DNA of 64,000 nt, taken from the NCBI GenBank assembly GCA_963664435.2, contig CAXXKM010000003.1:1600001-1664000 (forward strand). The letters are read 5' to 3'. Shown piece by piece: positions 38,411 to 47,246 of this stretch. How positions within the stretch are numbered: the stretch's first letter is position 1; every line of letters starts with the position of its first letter. Position numbers and translations under genes: made by a program. This DNA comes from Longimicrobiales bacterium (lineage in GTDB: Bacteria > Gemmatimonadota > Gemmatimonadetes > Longimicrobiales > Gaopeijiaceae). Below the pieces are notes generated by a model. It worked only from the letters and a program-made list of their open reading frames with translations, searched no databases and was not told the origin of the DNA.

Positions 38411-39501
38411 TGCCGGCTCTCGATCATCTCGACGATCATCCGCCGGCTCTCGGGATTCCATTGCGGCGGTTCGGGAGCGCTTGCGATCTCGAGCCCCAGG
38501 TAGAAGACGAGCCGGGCCAGCCGCGCGCCCTTTTCGGCGTCGATCAGCTCCACCTCGTCGCTCGGCCTGTGGTAGTCCTCGTGGGTTCCGTTGAAGAAGA
38601 AGAGGACCGGGACGCCGTTGCGCGCGAAGTTGTAGTGGTCCGAGCGGAAGTAGAAGTTCTCGTCCGGCCACAGGTCGTCGATGGCGGTCATGCCGAGCTC
38701 CGGATGCGCCGCGTTCACCCGTTCCAGGGTCGCCCCCAGGTCCGAGTGCTCCTTGCCGATGGCCACGATGGTGTCGGGCCAGTTGCGCCCCACCATGTCC
38801 ATGTTGAGGTTGGCCACCATGCGCCCCGAGGCGACCGGTTCCGGCGGCTCGTCGGCGTAGGCGCGGCTTCCGTGCAGGCCCCGCTCCTCCCCGCTCACCA
38901 GCAGGAACACCGTCGACCGCCGTGGCGGCTCTTCGAGCGCGGCGAACGCCTCGGCGATCTCGATCACCGCGGCCGTCCCGGAGGCGTCGTCGTCGGCGCC
39001 GTTGTAGATGCTGTCCCCGCTCGCGTCCGGCTCCCGCACCCCCACGTGGTCCATGTGGGCGCTGAACACGACGTACTCGCCGCGCAGTTCCGGGTCGCTG
39101 CCCGTCAGCACGGCGGCCACGTTGGGCGCGTCGACCGGCGCGACGTCGACATCAACTCGCCCCGGCCGGAAGGAGTAGCGGTGGATGAACCCGCCGCCGC
39201 CCCCGCCGGGTTCGAGCCCCATCGCGGCGAATTCTCCCGCGATCCAGCGGGCGGCCTCCTCGATCTCCGGGCTGGGCGTGGCCCGGCCCCGCATGGAGTC
39301 GTGGGCCAGGATCGCCACCCGCTCCAGGAAGTCGCCTTCGGTGATGGTCGCCGCGGCCGACCCCGCGGCCATGGACGAGCCGGACAGGGGCTCCCCTGCC
39401 TCGTCGTCGCCCCCGCACGCGCCGACCGCCAGACCGGCCAGCACCCCTCCGACCACGCGCCAATCTCCCGTCCTCGATCTCACGGCCTTGCTCCTTGCCA
39501 C
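38407..39501 (-). CDS. M28 family metallopeptidase lipoprotein
   Basis: [41 protein letters not shown]; lipobox VGAC. Confidence 0.92.
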   Translation of the reverse strand: MARSKAVRSRTGDWRVVGGVLAGLAVGACGGDDEAGEPLSGSSMAAGSAAATITEGDFLERVAILAHDSMRGRATPSPEIEEAARWIAGEFAAMGLEPGGGGGGFIHRYSFRPGRVDVDVAPVDAPNVAAVLTGSDPELRGEYVVFSAHMDHVGVREPDASGDSIYNGADDDASGTAAVIEIAEAFAALEEPPRRSTVFLLVSGEERGLHGSRAYADEPPEPVASGRMVANLNMDMVGRNWPDTIVAIGKEHSDLGATLERVNAAHPELGMTAIDDLWPDENFYFRSDHYNFARNGVPVLFFFNGTHEDYHRPSDEVELIDAEKGARLARLVFYLGLEIASAPEPPQWNPESRRMIVEMIESRQ

Positions 39502-39582
39502 GGCGATTCTAGCTTTGCGGCCAGGGGCCGCCCCGAAACCTTCGTCCCCTCAAGATAAACGCCCCCTCGCCGGATTGCTCCC

Positions 39583-40362
39583 ATGGAATGGATCGCCTCT
39601 CCCGAAGCCTGGATCGCGCTGGGAACGCTGACGGTTCTGGAAATCGTCCTCGGCATCGACAACATCGTGTTCATCACCATTCTCTCGGCCAAGCTGCCTC
39701 CCGAGAAGCAGCCCTTCGCGCGCCAGCTCGGTCTGGGGCTCGCGATGCTCACCAGAATACTGCTCCTCTTCTCCCTGGTGTGGATCATGCGCCTGACCGT
39801 GCCCCTCTTCTCGGTATTCGGCCACGCCGTTTCCGGGCGCGACCTGATCCTGGTCGCCGGCGGGATGTTCCTGCTGATGAAGGCAACGACGGAAATCCAT
39901 CATCGGCTCGAGGGAACCGAGGGAAAAACCGAGGACGCCGGCAAGGCGCGCTGGGGTTCCTCGTTCGCGGGAGTCATCACGCAGATCATACTGCTGGACG
40001 TCGTCTTTTCGCTCGACTCGGTCATCACCGCGGTGGGCGTGGCCGAGCATGTGCCGGTCATGGTGATCGCGATCGTGATCGCCGTAGGGGTGATGATGCT
40101 CTCGGCCGAGCCGCTCGGTGCGTTCGTGCTGCGTCACCCGACGGTCAAGATGCTGGCGCTCAGCTTCCTCCTGCTGATCGGCATGTCGCTCGTTGCCGAA
40201 GGCGTCGGCCACCATGTGCCCAAGGGATACATCTACTTCGCCATGGGCTTCTCGGTGCTGGTGGAGATGCTGAACCTGAGGGCGAAAAAGAAGGGCGAGA
40301 CCCCGTTGGCGCTGCGCGCGCCCTATCATCCGGCCGATCAGCCCGGATCCGGGGAGAGCTGA
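39583..40362 (+). CDS. TerC family membrane protein
   Basis: LEIVLGIDN, DVVFSLDSVITAVG, KGYIYFAMGFS. Confidence 0.95.
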   Translation: MEWIASPEAWIALGTLTVLEIVLGIDNIVFITILSAKLPPEKQPFARQLGLGLAMLTRILLLFSLVWIMRLTVPLFSVFGHAVSGRDLILVAGGMFLLMKATTEIHHRLEGTEGKTEDAGKARWGSSFAGVITQIILLDVVFSLDSVITAVGVAEHVPVMVIAIVIAVGVMMLSAEPLGAFVLRHPTVKMLALSFLLLIGMSLVAEGVGHHVPKGYIYFAMGFSVLVEMLNLRAKKKGETPLALRAPYHPADQPGSGES

Positions 40363-40412
40363 CCACCCCGCCGGCCCTGAATCGGCCTCCGGCGACCCCT
40401 CCGACAACGCCA

Positions 40413-40447
40413 GAGCCCCCGAACCCGTGCAAACGGGCCGGGGGCTC
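40413..40447. terminator. Strong hairpin between terC and the convergent small ORF
   Basis: GAGCCCCCG-AACCCGT-GCAA-ACGGGC-CGGGGGCTC; no clear U-tract. Confidence 0.55.
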
Positions 40448-40481
40448 ACCACCCCACCCCACATCGCGACTCAGCCGATAC

Positions 40482-40649
40482 TCATTCCCTCGAACCGGCC
40501 AGGGAAATGTTCGGAACGTCCTTCAAGGAAGAGATGGGCCGAGCGTCACGCGCCAGAAGCCGCAGATTGCGGGCTTCCCGGTACCTCCCCTCGTCCTCCG
40601 CCCTCGATGCCGCCCTGCCCAGATGCCTGATTCGTTCTTCCGCACTCAT
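40482..40649 (-). CDS. 55-aa small protein (absent from the ORF track)
   Basis: MSAEERIRHLGRAASRAEDEGRYREARNLRLLARDARPISSLKDVPNISLAGSRE; SD GGGGGAG; sigma54 promoter upstream, hairpin downstream. Confidence 0.7.
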   Translation of the reverse strand: MSAEERIRHLGRAASRAEDEGRYREARNLRLLARDARPISSLKDVPNISLAGSRE

Positions 40650-40727
40650 CCCACTCCCCCTGTCTCCCGTGGTCTACGCGACTACCGCGCGCCCGGTTTC
40701 AGCCAGGTCCGGTTGATGAAACGTTTA

Positions 40728-40744
40728 AAGCAAGAGTCATGCCA
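40728..40744 (-). promoter_or_regulatory. Sigma54 (-24/-12) promoter
   Basis: TGGCATG-ACTC-TTGCTT with exact GG-N10-GC spacing. Confidence 0.75.
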
Positions 40745-40868
40745 TGTTTGATGGCGAACCGCCCGGCGCGCCCGTTCCGGTTTGCCCTGCGGACCCGGCC
40801 CCGGTAGGCTCAGGGCTCGCACTGCCGCCCGCGTGGCCCCGCAGGCCTTCGCCCCGGAGAACCAGATC

Positions 40869-42008
40869 GTGAGCACCCCCAGCCAGCGCTCCTTCTTCCG
40901 CCGCTACCTGCTCCCGGGGTTCGTTGTCCAGTCGGTGGTGATCGCCGGAGGCTACGGCACGGGACGCGAACTCGTGGAGTTCTTCCTGACGCAGGGTCCC
41001 CGCGGCGGGCTCATGGCCATGCTGCTGGTGTCCACGGTGATCTGGAGCCTGACCTGCGCGGTGACCTTCGACTTCGCCCGCCGCTTCTCCACCTATGACT
41101 ACCGCACCTTCTTCCGCCGTCTCCTGGGCGGGCGCTGGTGGGTGGCCTACGAAGCGGCGTACCTGGCCTTCCTGATGCTGGTGCTCGCGGTCATCGCGGC
41201 GGCGGCCGGCAGCATCCTCGAAGAAACCTTCGGCATCAGTTACGCCGCGGGGGTTCTCGGCATGATCGCCGCCATCGGGTACCTGGTCTTCCGCGGCTCG
41301 AGGACCATCGAGCGTTTCTTCGCCGGCTGGTCCTTCGTGCTCTACGCCGTCTTCATCCTCTTCTTCATCCTCTGTTTCGTCTCCTTCGGAGGCGAGATCT
41401 CGGCAAGCTTCGCCAGCGTGCCGGCAGGCCGAGGCTGGTTGGTCGCCGGAGTGCGCTACGCCGCCTACAACCTCGCCACCATACCCGGCCTGCTCTTCGT
41501 GATGCGGCACGTCGGCACCCGCCGCGAGGCGGTCTCCGCGGGCCTGCTTGCCGGCCCGATCGCCATCATCCCCGGTCTCCTCTTCTATCTCGCCATGGCG
41601 GGACAGTATCCGGATATCCTGGACCGCACGGTCCCCGCGAACGCGCTGCTCGAGACGCTCGGCATGCGCTGGTTTCAGCTCGCCTTCCAGCTGGCGCTCT
41701 TCGGAACCCTGATCGAAACCGGGGCGGGGATGATCCACGCGGTGAACGAGCGCGTCGCGGCAGTCTACGCCCGTGGCCAGGAGAAGATGCCCGCAGGCCT
41801 GCGCACCGGAATCGGGGTGAGCCTGCTTGCCGGCGGCGCCCTCATCGCCCAGTTCGGCCTGATCGACCTGATCGCGCGCGGCTACGGGACCATGACCTGG
41901 GTCTTCCTGGCCGTCTACGTGCTGCCGGTGCTGACGATAGGCGTGTGGAGGCTGGTGCGCGCGGGGCCGACCTCGCCCTCGACGCCCCGGCAGGCAACAC
42001 TTTCGTAA
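40869..42008 (+). CDS. YkvI-like membrane transporter
   Basis: QSVVIAGGYGTGRELVEFF; about 10 TM helices. Confidence 0.85.
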   Translation: MSTPSQRSFFRRYLLPGFVVQSVVIAGGYGTGRELVEFFLTQGPRGGLMAMLLVSTVIWSLTCAVTFDFARRFSTYDYRTFFRRLLGGRWWVAYEAAYLAFLMLVLAVIAAAAGSILEETFGISYAAGVLGMIAAIGYLVFRGSRTIERFFAGWSFVLYAVFILFFILCFVSFGGEISASFASVPAGRGWLVAGVRYAAYNLATIPGLLFVMRHVGTRREAVSAGLLAGPIAIIPGLLFYLAMAGQYPDILDRTVPANALLETLGMRWFQLAFQLALFGTLIETGAGMIHAVNERVAAVYARGQEKMPAGLRTGIGVSLLAGGALIAQFGLIDLIARGYGTMTWVFLAVYVLPVLTIGVWRLVRAGPTSPSTPRQATLS

Positions 42009-42010
42009 CA
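41994..42010 (+). promoter_or_regulatory. Possible PHO box
   Basis: GCAACA-N5-GTAACA direct repeat with 11-bp period, about 150 bp upstream of pstS. Confidence 0.35.
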
Positions 42011-42158
42011 GTCGCGTCCCGCGTTCCGCTGGGCGGTACCGGTCCGCCCTCCCCTCGTGATAGGTTACTCTTGTCCAACTTCCCGGCTTGCGGGAACCGG
42101 CCTGTCCGGACCCGGCGATCATCCGCAACGGGAGCATCATCCTCAGGGGGAACCGAGA

Positions 42159-43034
42159 ATGAGACGTAGCATGTCCACACTGGTGTCGGTCCTTGTCATC
42201 GCATGCGGCGGCAACGCCGGGAACAACGCCCGCGCGGTCATCCAGAACAAGGGATCCGATACGCTGATCACCGTCGCCCAGGCGTGGGCGGAAGCGTACA
42301 GCACCGTCGACGGGCAAGTCGCCGTGGCCGTCTCGGGAGGCGGCTCCGGAACCGGCATCTCGGCGATGATCAACGGCACGGTGGACATTGCCAACTCAAG
42401 CCGCAAGATGACCGAGCGGGAGATCGAGGCGGCCCGTGCGAACGGGAACGACCCCATCGAGCACCTGGTCGGGCACGACGCGCTGGCGGTGTACGTTCAT
42501 GCGGATAATCCGGTCGGTCAGCTCACCCTGCAGCAGTTGGCGGGCATCTACGGAGCGAGCGGCCCACTCGAGCGCTGGAGTCAGCTCGACGTCACCATAC
42601 CGGGGTGCGACTCGGACGAAATCGTGCGCGTGAGCCGTCAGAACAACTCCGGCACCTTCGCCTACTTCCGGGAAGCGGTCCTGGAAAACGAGGATTTCAA
42701 GCTCGGATCCCACGACATGCACGGCTCGAAGGACGTGGTGCACCTGGTCGCGCAGACGCCCTGCGCGATCGGCTACAGCGGGATGGCCTACGCGATCCCC
42801 GAGGTCAGGATGCCCTGCGTGATGGGCAGCCCCGGCGACGCCTGCGTCACTCCCTCCATCGAGAGCGCGCTCGACGGCAGCTACCCGATCTCACGGCCCC
42901 TGCTCATGTACACCTCCGGCGATCCCGCGGGCCAGGTGAAGGCATACCTCGACTGGGTGCTGGGCGAAACCGGCCAGTGCATCATGCTGGAGTTGGGATA
43001 CACCCCTGCGATACCCACCCAGTGCGTGGAGTAG
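42159..43034 (+). CDS. pstS: Phosphate ABC transporter substrate-binding lipoprotein
   Basis: KGSDT, GGGSGTG, SSR, RQNNSGT, YPISRPL. Confidence 0.93.
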   Translation: MRRSMSTLVSVLVIACGGNAGNNARAVIQNKGSDTLITVAQAWAEAYSTVDGQVAVAVSGGGSGTGISAMINGTVDIANSSRKMTEREIEAARANGNDPIEHLVGHDALAVYVHADNPVGQLTLQQLAGIYGASGPLERWSQLDVTIPGCDSDEIVRVSRQNNSGTFAYFREAVLENEDFKLGSHDMHGSKDVVHLVAQTPCAIGYSGMAYAIPEVRMPCVMGSPGDACVTPSIESALDGSYPISRPLLMYTSGDPAGQVKAYLDWVLGETGQCIMLELGYTPAIPTQCVE

Positions 43035-43064
43035 CCAGGCACACGGTCAATTGATCAACGCTCA

Positions 43065-44003
43065 ATGAACCAGGCGCTCGACCGCTCGCGCGACTTCGAC
43101 CACCGAGGCCGCGCCTGGTACCTCGACCGCGCCGTAACGGTGTTCGTCTTCATCGGCGGCACTTCGGCGATCCTCTTCATCGGCGGAATCTTCGTCTTCA
43201 TTGCGCGCGAGGGGCTCGGATTCGTGTTCTCCGAATTCGATGCGGGCGAGTTCTTCGGGTCCATCGCGTGGCGGCCTACATCGGTGCTGGATGCCACCTA
43301 CGGCGCGCTGGCTCTCATCGTGGGAACGGCCAGCATCACGGGGCTGGCGATGGTGGTGTCGATCCCGTTCTCGCTGGCGGCCGCCATTTTCATCGGTGAA
43401 TTCGCGCGCGGCCGGGTGCGCGAGTTGCTCAAGGTGCTGGTCGAGTTGCTCGCGGCCATCCCTTCGGTGGTGTGGGGGTTCATCGGCTTCAGCATCATGA
43501 ACTCGCTCATCATCGACATCTTCGAAGTGCCCATCGGGCTGAACGTCCTCAACGCGGGGGTCATTCTGGGACTCATGGCGGCGCCCATCATGACCACCAT
43601 CGCCGAGGACGCGCTCAAGGCGGTTCCGGACGGCTTTCGCGAGGCGGCCGAAGCGCTGGGCGCCACACGCTGGCAGGTGATCCGCAAGGTCGTAATTCCG
43701 GCGGCAAAGAACGGCCTGGTGGCGGCGGTATTGCTGGGCGTGGGGCGCGGATTCGGCGAGACCATGGTCGTGCTCATGGCGAGCGGTCACTCCATCAACA
43801 TCCCCGACAGCGTGTTCGACTCCGTGCGCGCCCTGACGGCCACCATCGCGGCGGAACTGGGCGAGACGGCCGTCGGCTCCGATCACTTCAGGGCGCTCTT
43901 CACGCTGGGCATCCTGCTCTTCCTGGTGACCTTCGCGATCAACCTGACCGCCGACACGATCATGCGCGGGATCCGCAGGAAGGGCCAGCGGGCGAATCCA
44001 TGA
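43065..44003 (+). CDS. pstC: Phosphate ABC transporter permease
   Basis: ELLAAIPSVVWG, EAAEALGATRWQ, GRGFGETM. Confidence 0.95.
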   Translation: MNQALDRSRDFDHRGRAWYLDRAVTVFVFIGGTSAILFIGGIFVFIAREGLGFVFSEFDAGEFFGSIAWRPTSVLDATYGALALIVGTASITGLAMVVSIPFSLAAAIFIGEFARGRVRELLKVLVELLAAIPSVVWGFIGFSIMNSLIIDIFEVPIGLNVLNAGVILGLMAAPIMTTIAEDALKAVPDGFREAAEALGATRWQVIRKVVIPAAKNGLVAAVLLGVGRGFGETMVVLMASGHSINIPDSVFDSVRALTATIAAELGETAVGSDHFRALFTLGILLFLVTFAINLTADTIMRGIRRKGQRANP

Positions 44004-44890
44004 CGAGCGCCTCGGAGCAACTGTTCGCGGGCACCTCCCTGAACGCGCGCGACCGCAGGGTCGAGTGGCTCGTGCGCAATCTGCTCGGGTTGATGACGGC
44101 GCTGCTCATCCTCCCGGTGGTGATCATCATGACCCTGCTCGTGGTCAGGGGCGGCCCCGTGATCTCGTGGGAGTTCCTCACCACCGCGCCGGTCGACGGC
44201 ATGACCGCCGGCGGCATCTTTCCTGCCCTGGTCGGGACCGTGTGGCTGGTGGCGGTCGCGCTGGTCGCTTCGGTACCGGTGGGCGTGGCGGCGGCGGTCT
44301 ACCTCAGCGAGTACGCGCCCGACAACTGGCTCACGCGCGCCATTAACCTCGCCATCATCAATCTGGCGGGGGTTCCGTCGATCGTGCACGCTCTCTTCGG
44401 GGTGGGAGCGTTCGTGCTCTTCTTCCGCTTCGGGACCAGCATTCTGGCCGCGAGCCTCACCCTGGCGGTGATGACTCTGCCGGTCGTCATCGTGTCCACG
44501 CGGGAGGCGCTGCAGGCGGTGCCGCGGGCCTTTCGGGAGGCCTGCTGGAACATGGGCGCGACGCGCTGGCAGACGATCCGCCGCATCGTCCTGCCCAACG
44601 CCGTGAGCGGCATCCTCACGGGAGTCATCCTCGAGGTGTCCCGAACCTCGGGAGAGACCGCGCCCATAATGTTCACGGGCGCGGCCTTCTTCCTTCCCTT
44701 CCTGCCCCAGGGCGTCCTGGACCAGACCATGGCCATGTCGCTGCACCTGTTCGTGATCGCCACCCAGGTGCCGGACGCGCCGGACGCGCTGCCCTTCGGC
44801 GTGGCGCTGGTTCTGATCTCCATGGTGCTGGCGATGAACGCGCTCTCCATCGGCTTTCGCGTCTACGTGCGCGGGAGAAAGAAGTGGTAG
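44000..44890 (+). CDS. pstA: Phosphate ABC transporter permease
   Basis: GGIFPALVGT, YLSEYA, NLAGVPSIV, SRTSGETAP. Confidence 0.95.
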   Translation: MTSASEQLFAGTSLNARDRRVEWLVRNLLGLMTALLILPVVIIMTLLVVRGGPVISWEFLTTAPVDGMTAGGIFPALVGTVWLVAVALVASVPVGVAAAVYLSEYAPDNWLTRAINLAIINLAGVPSIVHALFGVGAFVLFFRFGTSILAASLTLAVMTLPVVIVSTREALQAVPRAFREACWNMGATRWQTIRRIVLPNAVSGILTGVILEVSRTSGETAPIMFTGAAFFLPFLPQGVLDQTMAMSLHLFVIATQVPDAPDALPFGVALVLISMVLAMNALSIGFRVYVRGRKKW

Positions 44891-45684
44891 AGGGCCCGGC
44901 GCCGAACGGAAACGCAGCCCCGGCCGACGCGCTCCCGAAGGTGGTCGTGCAAAACCTCAGGATTCGCTACGGGAACCACGTGGCGCTGCGGGGACTGGAT
45001 CTCTCCGTTCGCCGGAACGAGATCCTGGGGATCATCGGTCCCGCGGGCTCGGGAAAGACTTCGTTCCTGCGCGCCCTCAACCGCATGGATGAGTTCATTC
45101 CCGGGATGGAGGTCGAGGGCCGGATCACCTTCGATGGCCGCGACATCCGCCGCGTGCGCAACGTCTACGCCCTGCGCAGCCGCATCGGCGTGGTCTTTCC
45201 GCTCCCGGTGGGGCTCCCGCTGACGGTCTACGAGAACGTGGCCCTGGCTCCGAGGCTGCGGGGCGTGCGCAAGGCGAGCGAGCTCGATGTGATCGTCGAA
45301 CGATGTCTGCGGCGCGCCGCCCTCTGGGAGGAAGTGAAGGACCGCCTGGGCTCGCTCGGAAGCCTGCTCTCCGGAGGCCAGCAGCAGCGCCTCACCATCG
45401 CGCGGGCCTTATCGCAGGAACCCGATCTTCTGCTCCTGGACGAATTCTCGATCGCCGTCGATCCGGTCACCACGATGCGCATCGAGGACGTGCTCAAGGA
45501 GTTGAAGAACGAGATGTCGATCGTGCTGGTGACCAATCTGGTGCAGCAGGCGAGGCGCCTGGCAGACCGAACCGCGTTCTTCCTGACCGGCGAGCACGTC
45601 GAAACCAGCGACACCGCGCGCATCTTCAGCGGCATCGTCAAGGATCCGCGCACGCACGACTACATCGAGGGACGCTTTGGCTGA
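44884..45684 (+). CDS. pstB: Phosphate ABC ATPase PstB1 (degenerate Q-loop and H-switch)
   Basis: GPAGSGKTS, LSGGQQQR, LLLDE, DYIEGRFG; VFPLP and VTNL substitutions. Confidence 0.9.
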   Translation: MVEGPAPNGNAAPADALPKVVVQNLRIRYGNHVALRGLDLSVRRNEILGIIGPAGSGKTSFLRALNRMDEFIPGMEVEGRITFDGRDIRRVRNVYALRSRIGVVFPLPVGLPLTVYENVALAPRLRGVRKASELDVIVERCLRRAALWEEVKDRLGSLGSLLSGGQQQRLTIARALSQEPDLLLLDEFSIAVDPVTTMRIEDVLKELKNEMSIVLVTNLVQQARRLADRTAFFLTGEHVETSDTARIFSGIVKDPRTHDYIEGRFG

Positions 45685-46465
45685 GTCGGTTGCTGCTTCC
45701 GCGCCTCCCGCGATCGCGACCCGCGGTCTCAACCTCTGGTATGGAGACTTCCAGGCCCTTTTCGAGGTGAACCTGGACATCCGGCAGGGCATTATCACCT
45801 CTCTCATCGGCCCGTCCGGCTGCGGCAAATCCACCCTGCTGCGGAGCTGCAACCGCATGACCGAGCGGCTCGGATACGTGCGTACCACCGGAAGCATCGA
45901 GATCCTGGGCCAGGACATCTATGCGCCGGAGGTCGAGCTGGTCCAGGTGCGCAAGCAGGTGGGCATGGTGTTCCAGCGCCCCAATCCCCTGCCGCTCTCC
46001 ATCCGCGACAACATCAGCTTCGGCCACCGCCTGCACGCCCGCGGCCAGCGCGTCTCGCGCTCCGGCAGAGAGGAACTGGTGGAGGAAGCCCTGCGCAAGG
46101 TGCTGCTCTGGGACACGGTCAAGGATCGGCTCGACGCCCTGGCCACCGAGCTTTCGCTGGAGGAGCAGCAGAAGCTCTGCATCGCGCGGCTGCTCCCGGT
46201 GAAACCGGCAGTGCTGCTCATGGACGAGCCCTGCTCCGCACTCGATCCGAAGGGAACCGAGGCGGTGGAGGAGCTGATCCGGGAGCTGAGGGGCGAGTTC
46301 ACGATCCTGATCGTGACCCACAACATGGCCCAGGCCCGGCGTACCAGCGAGGAGACCGTGTTCATGCTGATCGGCAAGGTGATCGAGCACGGCCCCACCG
46401 ACGACGTTTTCCTGAATCCGCAGCACCGGCAGACCGCCGACTACATCGAGGGGCGCTACGGCTGA
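45677..46465 (+). CDS. pstB: Phosphate ABC ATPase PstB2 (degenerate signature motif)
   Basis: GPSGCGKST, VFQRPNP, LMDEPCSALDP, VTHN; signature LSLEEQQK. Confidence 0.92.
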   Translation: MAESVAASAPPAIATRGLNLWYGDFQALFEVNLDIRQGIITSLIGPSGCGKSTLLRSCNRMTERLGYVRTTGSIEILGQDIYAPEVELVQVRKQVGMVFQRPNPLPLSIRDNISFGHRLHARGQRVSRSGREELVEEALRKVLLWDTVKDRLDALATELSLEEQQKLCIARLLPVKPAVLLMDEPCSALDPKGTEAVEELIRELRGEFTILIVTHNMAQARRTSEETVFMLIGKVIEHGPTDDVFLNPQHRQTADYIEGRYG

Positions 46466-46496
46466 TCCCGGGGCCGGGATGGCCCGGGAGGAAGGA

Positions 46497-46570
<74 letters not shown>

Positions 46571-46603
46571 ATGTCGCGGCCATGACCGCTGCTCCCCCGC
46601 GGC

Positions 46604-46970
<367 letters not shown>

Positions 46971-47016
46971 GCGCTCTCCGGGGTTTCAACTGAAACGCCG
47001 GAGGCGGGGAGCAAGA

Positions 47017-47045
47017 AAGCTACAGGCGCGGGCGGCCGGAGTAAA
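47017..47045 (-). promoter_or_regulatory. Sigma70-type promoter for rnpB-tRNA
   Basis: TTTACT-N17-TAGCTT followed by a GC-rich stretch. Confidence 0.55.
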
Positions 47046-47084
47046 GAAACGCACGAATCGAATCGGGTGCACGGCGTGGACGCC

Positions 47085-47155
47085 CTCCGGCTTCGTCGCT
47101 ACTCCGGCTTCGTCGCTCTCCGGCTTCGTCGCTCTCCGGCTTCGTCGCTCTCCGG
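47085..47155. repeat. Tandem repeat, 16-bp unit CTCCGGCTTCGTCGCT x4 plus partial copy
   Basis: Four exact copies, with one extra A between copies 1 and 2. Confidence 0.95.
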
Positions 47156-47246
47156 TCGCGTCGCGCTCTGGTCCGGAATCGGAAGATCGGTACATTGAGA
47201 TCGACCGGGCAGGGAGGCACCGGCGAATACCCGGAGGAGAGAACGA

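Noticed and set aside
47085..47155. 16-bp repeats as a CRISPR array
   Set aside because: Units are contiguous with no spacers, too short, and no cas genes are present
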